Source: an uncultured Actinomycetota bacterium (GTDB lineage Bacteria; Actinomycetota; CALGFH01). From it: 64,000 nt of DNA. Under the pieces are notes generated by a model. That model saw only the letters and a program-made list of their open reading frames with translations. It made no database searches and was not told the DNA's origin. The translations under genes were made by a program, and so were the position numbers. This document shows positions 46,196 to 54,983 of this stretch, one piece after another (positions within the stretch are counted from its first letter, which is position 1; the number at the start of each line of letters is the position of its first letter). The DNA lies in contig CAVTCL010000023.1 of NCBI GenBank assembly GCA_963733175.1, positions 1,130 through 65,129 of the forward strand, read 5' to 3'.

Positions 46196-49103
46196 CTAGC
46201 CCGGCCCCGCCTTGAGGGCGGCCGTGCCGATGTGGAAGCCGAGGGCGCGGTAGGCGTCGAACTGCTCGTGGTCGAAGAACTGGTCGCCGGTGCTCTGGCG
46301 GGGGAAGGCGGCCTCCTTCAGGGCGTAGGTGAGCAGCTCGTACGGCATGTCCGGGGTGAGCACGGCCTTGGCCACGACCAGGGTGCCGTGGCGGGACGGC
46401 TCCTCGTCGGGGGTGACCGCGAACGGCTCCGGGTACTCGATGTCCCCGCGGACCACCGCCTGGCGGGACAGGCGGGCGTTGAGCCGCTCCAGGACCTCGG
46501 AGGGCTCCAGCGGGGGGGCGCTGCCCGGCACCAGGCCGGTCGGGTCGCGCAGGGTGATCCGCACCCCCAGCTCCTCGTAGGCCAGGGTGATCGCCTCGGC
46601 CAGGGTGGTGGCGAACGGCGGCGCGTCGCCGCTGGCGTCCAGGCAGTAGACGGTCCGGCACCGGTGGCGCAGCAGCTCGACCAGGCCGAGGTTCTCCCAG
46701 TGGCCGCCGTCGGTGCAGAGCAGCATGCGGCCCTCGGCGGGGTAGGCGCCGATGATCTCGCGGAGCTGGTAGGGGAGCCGGCGGGCCCCGGGCAGGCGGG
46801 GCGTCCGCCAGCTCGCGTCGGGCCGGCCGAGCGCGGCCAGGAAGGCCGGGTTGGGCAGCCAGGTCCCGAGCCGCACGTTGGACAGGGCCAGCAGCCGCTG
46901 CACGGCGGCGGCGTGGCGGCCCATGGCCGAGGCGATCGCCGCCCCGGACACGGCCATGGCCGCCTGCACGGTCACGTCCCGCCGCAGGGCGGGCTTGCAG
47001 GTCTCCTCCAGGGTGCTGGTCCGGACCCAGCCGACGTCGGGCCCGCCGACGTAGTCCCCCGACATCGTGAACGCCGCCGCCCGGCGTCCCGGCGGGGTCC
47101 GCGACTGGCCCGACAGGGCGGCGGCGGCCACGAAGATGACCTGCGGGAACCCGTCGGCCCGCTGGCCGTAGGCGCTGAGGGTGGTCGGCTCCTCGATCGC
47201 GTAGGCCAGGGCGCCGGTCCCGCCGTCGGGCATGTGGGCCCGGCGGACGGCGAACGCCGAGGCCAGCCGGCGCCGGTAGAACGGGTGCAGCCCCAGCCAG
47301 GTCTGGTCGATCAGGAAGCCCGCCCCGACCAGCACGGCCAGCAGGACCAGGCCCAGCCAGGCCGGCCAGCGGTGGGCGGCAGCGGTCGTCCAGGCGCCCA
47401 CGAACACGAACACGAAGGCCAGCACCGCGTGCACCGCCCAGACGATCAGGCGCTGCCCGAGCCCGGTGGCGACCTGCCGCTCGACCACCTCGCCCTGGTC
47501 CCGGCGGCCCAGCAGGCCGCCCAGCCCCAGCTTGGCCCCGCTGGCCCGCAGCTTCTCGGTCCGGCGCCACGTCGTGCCGGCCAGGGCGCCGAACCAGGTG
47601 ACCAGGGTGGTGACGACGGCGGTGAAGGAGGCGGCCGGCACCGGGTTCTCGACCCCGGTCGCCCAGGTGAGCCGGGTCATCGCCCAGACGACCGCCGGCA
47701 CGGCGATGGCGTAGACGGCGACCACCGCGGTCACGCCGACGGTGGCCCGGAACAGGTTGCGGGCCACCCGGGCCAGGCCGAGCCGGTCGTTGCTGGCCAG
47801 CAGCCCCACCATCACCACCACCCAGGCGACGGCGGCGATGGCGGCCCCGACGCCCAGCGCCCACCAGACCGCTTCGGGGGGCGCCGGGTACGCGGCCGGC
47901 TCCGGCCCGCTGGCCGGGTCGAACCGGGGCAGGAGCCGGGTGACGTCGACCACCGGCGCCGCCCGGTAGAAGGCGTTGAGGCCGACCCCGATCACCACCA
48001 CCCCGAGGGTCAGCAGCCCGAGCGACGCGGCCACCCCGCGCAGCACCACCCCGAGCGCCGTCAGCCACTCGCGGCCGCCGTCGGCCAGGTACTTGCCGTG
48101 GCGGCGCAGGTGGTCCTCCTCGGCCGACCCGGGCGCGAACACGTCCCCCGGCGCGGCCAGCGACTCGGCCTTCGGGTTGGCCCGGGTCAGGGCGAGCTGG
48201 AAGGCGCCGGTCATGTACCCGCCGCCGGACACCGACACCAGGTAGCGGGCCCGCGACAGGACGTCGCGCTGGAGCGCCTGGAGCGCCCCCAGGGTGACCG
48301 AGGCCGAGCGGATCCCGCCGCCCGAGGCGCAGATGCCGACCTCCGCGGGCGGCCGCCCCGGCGGGACCCGGCCGGCGTTGCGCCAGCGGGCCTGGGCCTC
48401 GCCGGGCAGGTCGGTGTGGGGGTGGTCGTCCTCGGCGGCCACCTCGGCCGCCCGGTCCCGGCCCGCCTCGGTGTAGAGCTCCTGCTGGACGTCGGGGCCG
48501 GACTGGCCGATCGCTGGCCGACAGGGTGGCCGTCGAGGCGTCGGCCACCGCCGGCGGCAGGATGATGTCGGGACGCCGGTCGGTCCCGGGGTCGAGCTCG
48601 CTCGCCCGGGCGATCTCGGGCGCGGCGGCGTTCCCGTGGCCCCGCACCCGCGACCGCCTGGACAGCCGGCGGCCGAGCAGGACGCTGGCGACCACCACGA
48701 AGACCGGCAGCAGCGGGCCGGCGACGGCGAACTTCAGCACCGCCAGGGGGGTCGCCACCTCGGACGCCGGCTGCCCGCCGGCGCCGGTCGACCCGCCGAG
48801 CGGGGCCAGGTTCTCGGCGACGTCGGCCGCCGCGACCAGCAGCACGCCGCCGGCGCACCAGCGGGCGACCCGCCGGGCCCCCGACCCGTACAGGAACAGG
48901 GCGCCGAGGCCGAACACCCCCACCCCGGCCAGCACGTAGCCGGCGATCAGGAGCCAGTCCGACCGGAGGGCCTCCTGGTCGACGCCCTGCCCGCCGTCGA
49001 GCTCCCGCCAGCCCAGGTACAGCAGGGGAGCGCCGACGACGACGGCCACGATGGCCAGGGCCGTCAGCGCGGCCCGGGCATCACGGGCGGCACGAACCCC
49101 CAC
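46196..49103 (-). pseudogene. polytopic membrane patatin/cPLA2-like phospholipase, frame broken at ~48515
   Basis: GICASGGGIRSA, SVSGGGY nucleophile elbow and CTDGGHWENLG Asp motif lie in ORF 46196..48442, with ~7 TM helices between the Ser and Asp motifs. A 4-TM N-terminal region (from GTG 49103) is in another frame (part of ORF 45870..49517). Confidence 0.75.
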
Positions 49104-49208
49104 GATCTCCCTGCACCCCCTCAGACCCCCACGGGCCGGGCGAGGCTCGCAGGTTCCTCCCGACCCGTCAACCGCCACCCAGGGTGGCCGTTGGATTAGC
49201 ATTGGCCC

Positions 49209-49577
49209 ATGGCGGAGGTCGTTGACGAGGGAACCTTCGACCCGGCGGAGTTCGGGGCCGAGCTCGCGCACGCGGCCAGCAACCTCGCGGTGGGCACGCG
49301 GCTGTGGTTCCAGAACGACCGGGTCAAGGTCTGGGAGGTCAGCCTCGAACCGGGGGAGCGGGGCCCGTTCCACGCCCACACCCGCCGGTACCTCTGGACG
49401 GTGGTGTCGCCGGGGACGGGCCGGCAGCGGTCGCCCGACGGCAGCTTCAAGGTCCGGCGCTACGAGGTCGGCGACACCCAGTACTCGGAGCACTCCCCGG
49501 CCGACCCGATGGTCCACGACCTCGAGAACGCCGGCGAGACGACGCTCCGGTTCGTCACCGTGGAGCTGCTCGACTGA
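49209..49577 (+). CDS. cupin domain protein
   Basis: 122 aa. GERGPFHAHTRRYLWTVVSPG and a later beta-rich segment fit a small cupin barrel. Confidence 0.65.
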   Translation: MAEVVDEGTFDPAEFGAELAHAASNLAVGTRLWFQNDRVKVWEVSLEPGERGPFHAHTRRYLWTVVSPGTGRQRSPDGSFKVRRYEVGDTQYSEHSPADPMVHDLENAGETTLRFVTVELLD

Positions 49578-49594
49578 CAGAAGGGGATGGTGCC

Positions 49595-50117
49595 GTGTCC
49601 TTCAAGGTCGCCAAGGTCCTCGACGTCGCCCAGGGGGTGCAGAAGGACCAGTTCACGGTCGTGTCGCGGGAGGAGAAGGAGTCGCTCGACGACCTCGACC
49701 CGGTGTACCGCCGGCTGCTCGACGAGCCGGTGACCGCCGTGATCGCGGTCATGGGCGACGACGGGCGTCCCTGGCTGACGCCGGTCTGGTTCAACTACGC
49801 CGGGGACAGGGTGCTGCTCAACCTGGCCGAGCACCGCCGCAAGACCGACTGCATCCGGCGCAACCCGCAGGTGACCATGCTGCTGATGAACCCGGAGAAC
49901 CCCTACCACTGGGTCAGCCTCAAGGCGACCGCCGAACGCGAGGTCCAGCGAGGACGACCCGGCCGAGGGGCGCCGGGCCACCGAGACCATCGACCAGTCG
50001 TGGACCAAGTACACCGGCGCCGAGCCGCCCTACGGCCTCCGCGACCCGGCCATGGACGAGCGGCGGGTGCTGTTCGAGTGCCGCGTCGACAGCGTGGCCG
50101 TGTTCGGCCAGCCGTAG
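49595..50117 (+). pseudogene. pyridoxamine 5'-phosphate oxidase (PPOX) family protein, frame broken at ~49945
   Basis: GTG 49595. VTAVIAVMGDDGRPWLTPVWFNYAGDRVLLN...HRRKTDCIRRNPQVTMLL, then after EREV the frame shifts (SEDDPAEGRRATETIDQSWTKYTG...RVLFECRVDSVAVFGQP*). Confidence 0.7.
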
Positions 50118-50138
50118 GGGCGGCCGCGGGGGACCGCC

Positions 50139-51323
50139 GTGCCCGACTGGCCGCGGGTCGCGGTGGTCGGGGGCTCGCTGGGCGGGCTCACGGCCGCGCT
50201 GGTCCTGCGCGACCTCGGCTGCGAGGTCGACGTGTTCGAGCGGTCGACGGCGGAGCTGGAGAGCCGCGGCGCCGGCATCGTGGTGCTGGAGGCCACCGTC
50301 CGCTACCTGCGCGAGCGGACCGACCTGGACCTGGGCCAGCTCACCACCGCCACCGGCCACCTGCGCTACCTGGGCCGTGACGGCGGCATCGTGTACCAGG
50401 AGCCGCGGCGCTACCGGTACTCGGCCTGGCACACCATCTACCGGGCGCTGCTCGGCCGCTTCGGCCGCCGCCGCTACCACCTGGGCAGAGAGCTGGTCGG
50501 TTTCGAGCAGCGGGCCGGGCAGGTCGCCCTGCGCTTCGCCGACGGCTCGGAGGGCGCCTGCGAGCTGCTGGTGTCGGCCGACGGCATCGCCTCCCGGGCC
50601 CGGGCCGCGCTCCAGCCCCAGGCCCGGCCGGCCTACGCCGGGTACGTGGCCTGGCGGGGCACGGTCGGCGAGGGCCGGCTCGGCCCGGCCGTGCGCGACC
50701 TGCTGGCCGACTCGATCTGCTACCAGCTCGTGCCGGCCAGCCACATCCTCTGCTACCCGATCCCGGCGCCGGACGGGTCGGTGGCCCCCGGCCGGCGCCT
50801 GGCCAACTTCGTCTGGTACCGGAACTACACCCCCGAGGAGCTGGAGGACCTGATGACCGACCGGGACGGGGCCCGCCGCGAGGTCACCCTGCCGCCGGGC
50901 GCGGCCCGCGACGCCCACCTGCGCGAGCTGCGGGCCGTGGCCGCCGGCCAGCTCGCCCCCCAGCTGGCCGAGGTCGTGGAGCGCACCGAGCGCCCCTTCG
51001 TCCAGGTGATCTCCGACATCGAGGTCGAGCGGATGGCGTTCGGGCGGGTCTGCCTGCTCGGCGACGCCGCCTTCGCCCTGCGCCCCCATGCCGCCGCGGG
51101 CACGGCCAAGGCGGCCGCCGACGCCTGGGCGCTCGCCGAGGCGCTGGCGGCCAGCGGCGGCGACCTGGCGGCGGCGCTGCCGCGCTGGGAGCGCCGGCAG
51201 CTCGCCGTCGGGCGGGCGGTGCTCCAGCGCACCCGCCGCAACGGCGACCGCTCGCAGTTCGAGGGGACCTGGCGCCCCGGCGACCCCGAGCTCGTCTTCG
51301 GCCTCCACGGGCCCGGCCGCTGA
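50139..51323 (+). CDS. FAD-dependent aromatic-ring monooxygenase
   Basis: VAVVGGSLGGLTAAL dinucleotide fold, SADGIASRAR, LLGDAAFALRPHAAAG. Confidence 0.85.
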   Translation: MPDWPRVAVVGGSLGGLTAALVLRDLGCEVDVFERSTAELESRGAGIVVLEATVRYLRERTDLDLGQLTTATGHLRYLGRDGGIVYQEPRRYRYSAWHTIYRALLGRFGRRRYHLGRELVGFEQRAGQVALRFADGSEGACELLVSADGIASRARAALQPQARPAYAGYVAWRGTVGEGRLGPAVRDLLADSICYQLVPASHILCYPIPAPDGSVAPGRRLANFVWYRNYTPEELEDLMTDRDGARREVTLPPGAARDAHLRELRAVAAGQLAPQLAEVVERTERPFVQVISDIEVERMAFGRVCLLGDAAFALRPHAAAGTAKAAADAWALAEALAASGGDLAAALPRWERRQLAVGRAVLQRTRRNGDRSQFEGTWRPGDPELVFGLHGPGR

Positions 51324-51354
51324 CCCGGCTGTCGCCGGGCGTCGGGCGAAGGTT

Positions 51355-52334
51355 ATGGTGACGGGCGTGGGACAGCAGCCTGCCTCGCCCCCCGCCCCGA
51401 CGGCGGTCGTCGCCGAGTCGGAGTTCCCGCCGCTGTACCTGGCGGCCGACCAGAACTCGCTCGACGGCCAGCGCCGCTTCCTCAACGCCACCCGCCTGCG
51501 GCTGGCCATGCTGGTCCTGGCGGCGGCGTTCGGGCTGTTCACCTGGCGCACGGCCGGCGGCGACCTGGCCGGGATCGGGGCCGCGGCCGCCTTCGTCGTC
51601 GCCCTGCTGGCCGAGCTCTACCTGCTCCAGGCGCGGCCCGACCGGCTCTGGTACGACGGGCGGGCGGTGGCCGAGTCGGCCAAGACCCTGACCTGGCGCT
51701 ACCTGGTCGGCGGCAGCCCGTTCGGCCGGGAGGAGGTCAACGAGCGGGAGGCCGACAAGCTGCTGCTGGACCGGTTCCGCCAGATCACCGGCAGCCTCGG
51801 CGGGGCGCACCTGGTCCCGATCACCGGCGCCGCCGAGCAGATCAGCCCGGCGCTGCGGCGCACCTGGTCCCGATCACCGGCGCCGCCGAGCAGATCAGCC
51901 CGGCGATGCGGCGCTACCGCTCGCTGCCGCTGGAGGAGCGGCGCGAGCTCTACCGCAACGGGCGGATCGGCGGCCAGCAGGCCTGGTACGCGCGCACCGC
52001 CCGCTGGAACGAGCGCCGGGCGACCCAGTGGTCGCTGGTCCTCACCACCCTGGAGGCGCTGGGGCTGGCCGGGGGTGTCCTCAAGGCGACCGGCGTGCTC
52101 CGGGTCGACCTGCTCGGGCTGGCCAGCGCGGTGGTCGCCGCCGGCGCCGCCTGGGTCCAGGCCAAGCAGCACCAGACCCTGGCCACCGCCTACGCCGTCA
52201 CCAGCCAGGAGCTGTCGGTGATCAGCGGCCAGGTCGACTGGGCGTCCACCGAGCAGGAGTGGGCGCACTTCGTCGACCAGGCCGAGGAGGCCATCTCGCG
52301 GGAGCACACCCTCTGGCGGGCGTCCCGCAGCTGA
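51355..52334 (+). pseudogene. tandem SLATT/DUF4231-like 4-TM protein, disrupted by a 53-bp tandem duplication
   Basis: N half (2 TM, then WYDGRAVAESAKTLTWRYLVGGSPF) lies in the frame of ORF 51088... C half (RELYRNGRIGGQQAWY..., 2 TM, ...AYAVTSQELSVI...FVDQAEEAISREHTLW) lies in ORF 51906..52334. Removing one 53-bp repeat unit joins them into a ~308-aa ORF. Family call is by recall. Confidence 0.6.
51804..51909 (+). repeat. 53-bp tandem duplication (2 units, 1 mismatch)
   Basis: GGCGCACCTGGTCCCGATCACCGGCGCCGCCGAGCAGATCAGCCCGGCG(C/A)TGC occurs at 51804-51856 and 51857-51909. Confidence 0.95.
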
Positions 52335-52348
52335 CGCCAGGGCTTGGA

Positions 52349-52406
52349 GTCGGCCTTCGGCCGACGATCACACAGAGCTCCGACCGGCAGAGCGGTCGCC
52401 GGTCGG
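52349..52406. terminator. two stem-loops between convergent genes
   Basis: GTCGGCC-ttc-GGCCGAC (52349-52365) and CCGACCGGC-agagcggtc-GCCGGTCGG (52380-52406) lie in the 73-nt gap between the SLATT stop and the GAF-TIR stop. Confidence 0.5.
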
Positions 52407-52407
52407 G

Positions 52408-53523
52408 CTACCCGGCGTCGTCGCGGAGCAGGGCCACGATCCGGCGCTGCATCTGCGCCCGGAGCCGCTCCTCCACGACCTGGCCGTCCTGGTCGCGCGG
52501 CACCTTCTCGATGCGCTGGTCGGCGAAGTCGAACGGCGCCGGCGGCGAGCTCTCCTCCCGCACCGGGATCCACCCCGACGGCGGCGCGTCGGGCGCGTTG
52601 ATCAGCGCGTGCAGCATGCCGGCCTCGAAGATCACGTTCGGGTTGTCGACATAGCCGTGCTCGGCCCCTGACGGGGCCGGCTCGGAGAAGTAGCAGATGC
52701 CGTAGCGGGAGCGGACGATCCGGTCGGCGATCTGGCTGGTGATCGCGCCCGAGTCGGCGATCTCGTGCCAGTCGAAGACGCTCACCTTGCTGTCGAACTC
52801 GGCCAGCACCCCCTTGAGGATGCCGAGCACGTGGCTGTCGGCGTTGTCGGCCGAGGCCAGGAACAGGTTCGGCTTGGTCAGGCGGGGGAACTTGGCCTGC
52901 CCCAGGAACCGCCCGAGCTGGCCCACCGCCTTCTCGGTCCCCTCCGTCTGGGCCTTGTTGGCGTCGCGCAGCTCGATCAGGATGGCGAGCGCCTCGGCCA
53001 GCGTCGTCAGCTCGTGCTTGGCCACCGGCGTCGCCTCGACGTGGGTGGTCGACTCGAGGTACATCACGCCCAGCGGCCGCCCGAGGCGGACCAGCGGCAG
53101 CATGATCGAGGTCTTCATCGGCTCCTCGGCCGGCGACACGTACCGGGGCAGCCCGGTGACGTCCGACCACAGGTCCAGGTACCCGGCCGGGTCGTCGACG
53201 TCGCGCAGCGCCCCGCCGTCGGCGGCCACGACCCACAGCGGCCGCCGCTGGTCGAAGGCGATCGACACCTGCCGGGTGTAGCCGTCCCCGCTCCTGATGG
53301 TGGTCCCGGACCCCTGGTCGGCGCTGCTCCAGGTCGTCTGCAGCCCGGGCTGCCCGTCGATCCTCGACCTCGTCATCAGCCCGAAGTAGGCGGCCTCGAG
53401 CTCGTTGCGCATGTACTCCACGACATGGTCCCGGACCCGGTTGAAGGTCGCCTGATCCACGATGTCGACCGAAAGGGCGAACTGCCGCAGCAGCTCGGCG
53501 AAGGTCTTGACCAGCTCGCTCAT
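52408..53523 (-). CDS. GAF domain + TIR-like (COG4271 / PF10137-type) domain protein
   Basis: Intact 371-aa ORF, ATG after GGGGAGG. The N-terminal ~190 aa are GAF-like (RRPLWVVAADGG...SIMLPLVRLGRPLGVMYLES). The C-terminal half has LFLASADNADS..., YGICYFSEP and NPNVIFEAGMLHAL, as in TIR-like nucleotide-binding effectors. Confidence 0.6.
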   Translation of the reverse strand: MSELVKTFAELLRQFALSVDIVDQATFNRVRDHVVEYMRNELEAAYFGLMTRSRIDGQPGLQTTWSSADQGSGTTIRSGDGYTRQVSIAFDQRRPLWVVAADGGALRDVDDPAGYLDLWSDVTGLPRYVSPAEEPMKTSIMLPLVRLGRPLGVMYLESTTHVEATPVAKHELTTLAEALAILIELRDANKAQTEGTEKAVGQLGRFLGQAKFPRLTKPNLFLASADNADSHVLGILKGVLAEFDSKVSVFDWHEIADSGAITSQIADRIVRSRYGICYFSEPAPSGAEHGYVDNPNVIFEAGMLHALINAPDAPPSGWIPVREESSPPAPFDFADQRIEKVPRDQDGQVVEERLRAQMQRRIVALLRDDAG

Positions 53524-53602
53524 CGCATGCCTCCCCGGCTCCAGGCCACCGCAGAGGCATACCAGGTTCGGGCTCGTACGAACAGTCCCGATTGCACAGA
53601 TC

Positions 53603-53618
53603 AGGCGGGGCCCCGCCT
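53603..53618. terminator. perfect 16-nt palindrome AGGCGGGGCCCCGCCT
   Basis: It overlaps the stop of the LPXTG gene and separates that gene from the GAF-TIR promoter region. Confidence 0.45.
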
Positions 53619-54103
53619 AGGCTGTCCTGGCTCCCCGGCCTGGGCGGTAGCCGGAGGCCCGCACCAGCACGGCCCCGGCGAGCAGCAGGGCAGCGGCCAG
53701 CCCGGCCAGGGTCGGCAGGCGGGCGGGGCCGGTGAACGGCAGGGGGCATTCGCCGGCGATGGTCAGCTCGGAGAAGGCGAACGGCTTGGCGGCGCCGGGC
53801 CGGGAGATGCGTCATGCGGACCGACTTCACCCCGGTGAGCGGGACCTTGGCCCGCAGCGTCATGGCGCCGTCGGCGCCGGTCGTGACCGACGCCTGGTGC
53901 AGGGTGGCGTCGTTGGCGGCGTTCTGGAACCGGAGGTCGAGCTTGGTGCTGGCGGGCAGCTCGAACCCGGTGACCTGCAGGGTCCCGCAGCTCACCAGGG
54001 CAAGGTCGGCGTGGAGGTGGTCCGGCTGGGCGGCGGCGGGGCTGGCCAGCAGCCCCAGCAGCAGCACCGCGCCCGCGACCGGAGAGACCCTGAGCCAACG
54101 CAT
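53617..54103 (-). pseudogene. small secreted LPXTG-anchored surface protein, frame broken at ~53806-53818
   Basis: ATG 54103 after GGAAGGAA. Signal peptide MRWLRVSPVAGAVLLLGLLASPAAA. After ...GVKSVRM the next frame gives RISRPGAAKPFAFSELTIAGECPLPFTGPARLPTLAGLAAALLLAGAVLVRASGYRPGRGARTA*, i.e. LPFTG + TM + basic tail. Confidence 0.65.
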
Positions 54104-54127
54104 CTGCGTTCCTTCCAGTGGGATCGG

Positions 54128-54842
54128 CTAACGGCTTCGCAACAGGTGGAGGACGACCTCGTCGACGTCGAGGTAGCCCCCCGGCGGCAGGTCGCGGGCC
54201 ATGATCTCGAGGGCCAGCCGGGACCCGGCGGTGTTGGCGACGTGGATCGCCCCGAACTGGCGCCAGCCGGTCCGCTCGACCGTCCAGCCCAGCGTGTTCG
54301 AGCCGGGGACGGGACGGCCGTCCCGGTACTCGCGCAGGCCGATGGTCACGGTGGCGCCCGGCGAGGACGGCCGCACCCAGGCGTTGGTGTGGTACCGGCC
54401 GTTGAGCTTGGTCAGGGTCACGTCGGGCACGGTGATGCCGACCGGCCCGCCGGCCGACGACTCGGGCAGGACGCGCAGCGACCAGCCGCCCTCGGTCGCC
54501 TCGGTCGACCTGGTCAGGCGGGCGGCGCCGAGCGGGCGCCAGCCTAGCGAGCCGTCCTCGAAGCTGGCGTTGGCGAGCAGGTTCTTCGGCCCGTCCCCGG
54601 ATCCCTGGGCGGTCGTGGCGGTGCTGGCCCCCGCCGTCGTGGTCGGGTCCCCGGCCGACCGGGACGCCGCCGAGGTCGGCCGTCTGCTGGTCCGCCGCCT
54701 GCGGGGGGCCCGGCGACGTCTGGATCCAGGCGAGCGTGGCCACGGCGACGACCACCACGATCCCGACACCGGCCCAGAGCCGCCATCGCCGGCGCAGGGG
54801 GGGTGGCGAGGCGAGATGGCGGTGGGTCCCGTCGCTGCTCAT
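54128..54842 (-). pseudogene. membrane-anchored carbohydrate-binding-module (CBM4/9-like) protein, frame broken at ~54665
   Basis: ATG 54842 gives a signal anchor RRRWRLWAGVGIVVVVAVATLAWI (frame of ORF 53763..54938). ORF 54128..54769 then supplies NLLANASFEDGSLGW... and a beta-sandwich-like remainder. Confidence 0.55.
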
Positions 54843-54983
54843 GACCGGGACAGTCTGGTAGTACCGACCGCACCCGGCAACTACGCAGATCTCACTAGTT
54901 CGGCATGACCCGGCGTCGGGACGTGGCCCCGGACGCACCTGCTCCCAGCACGGGACGGCTGGGAGCAGGTGGCCGATGACTGG

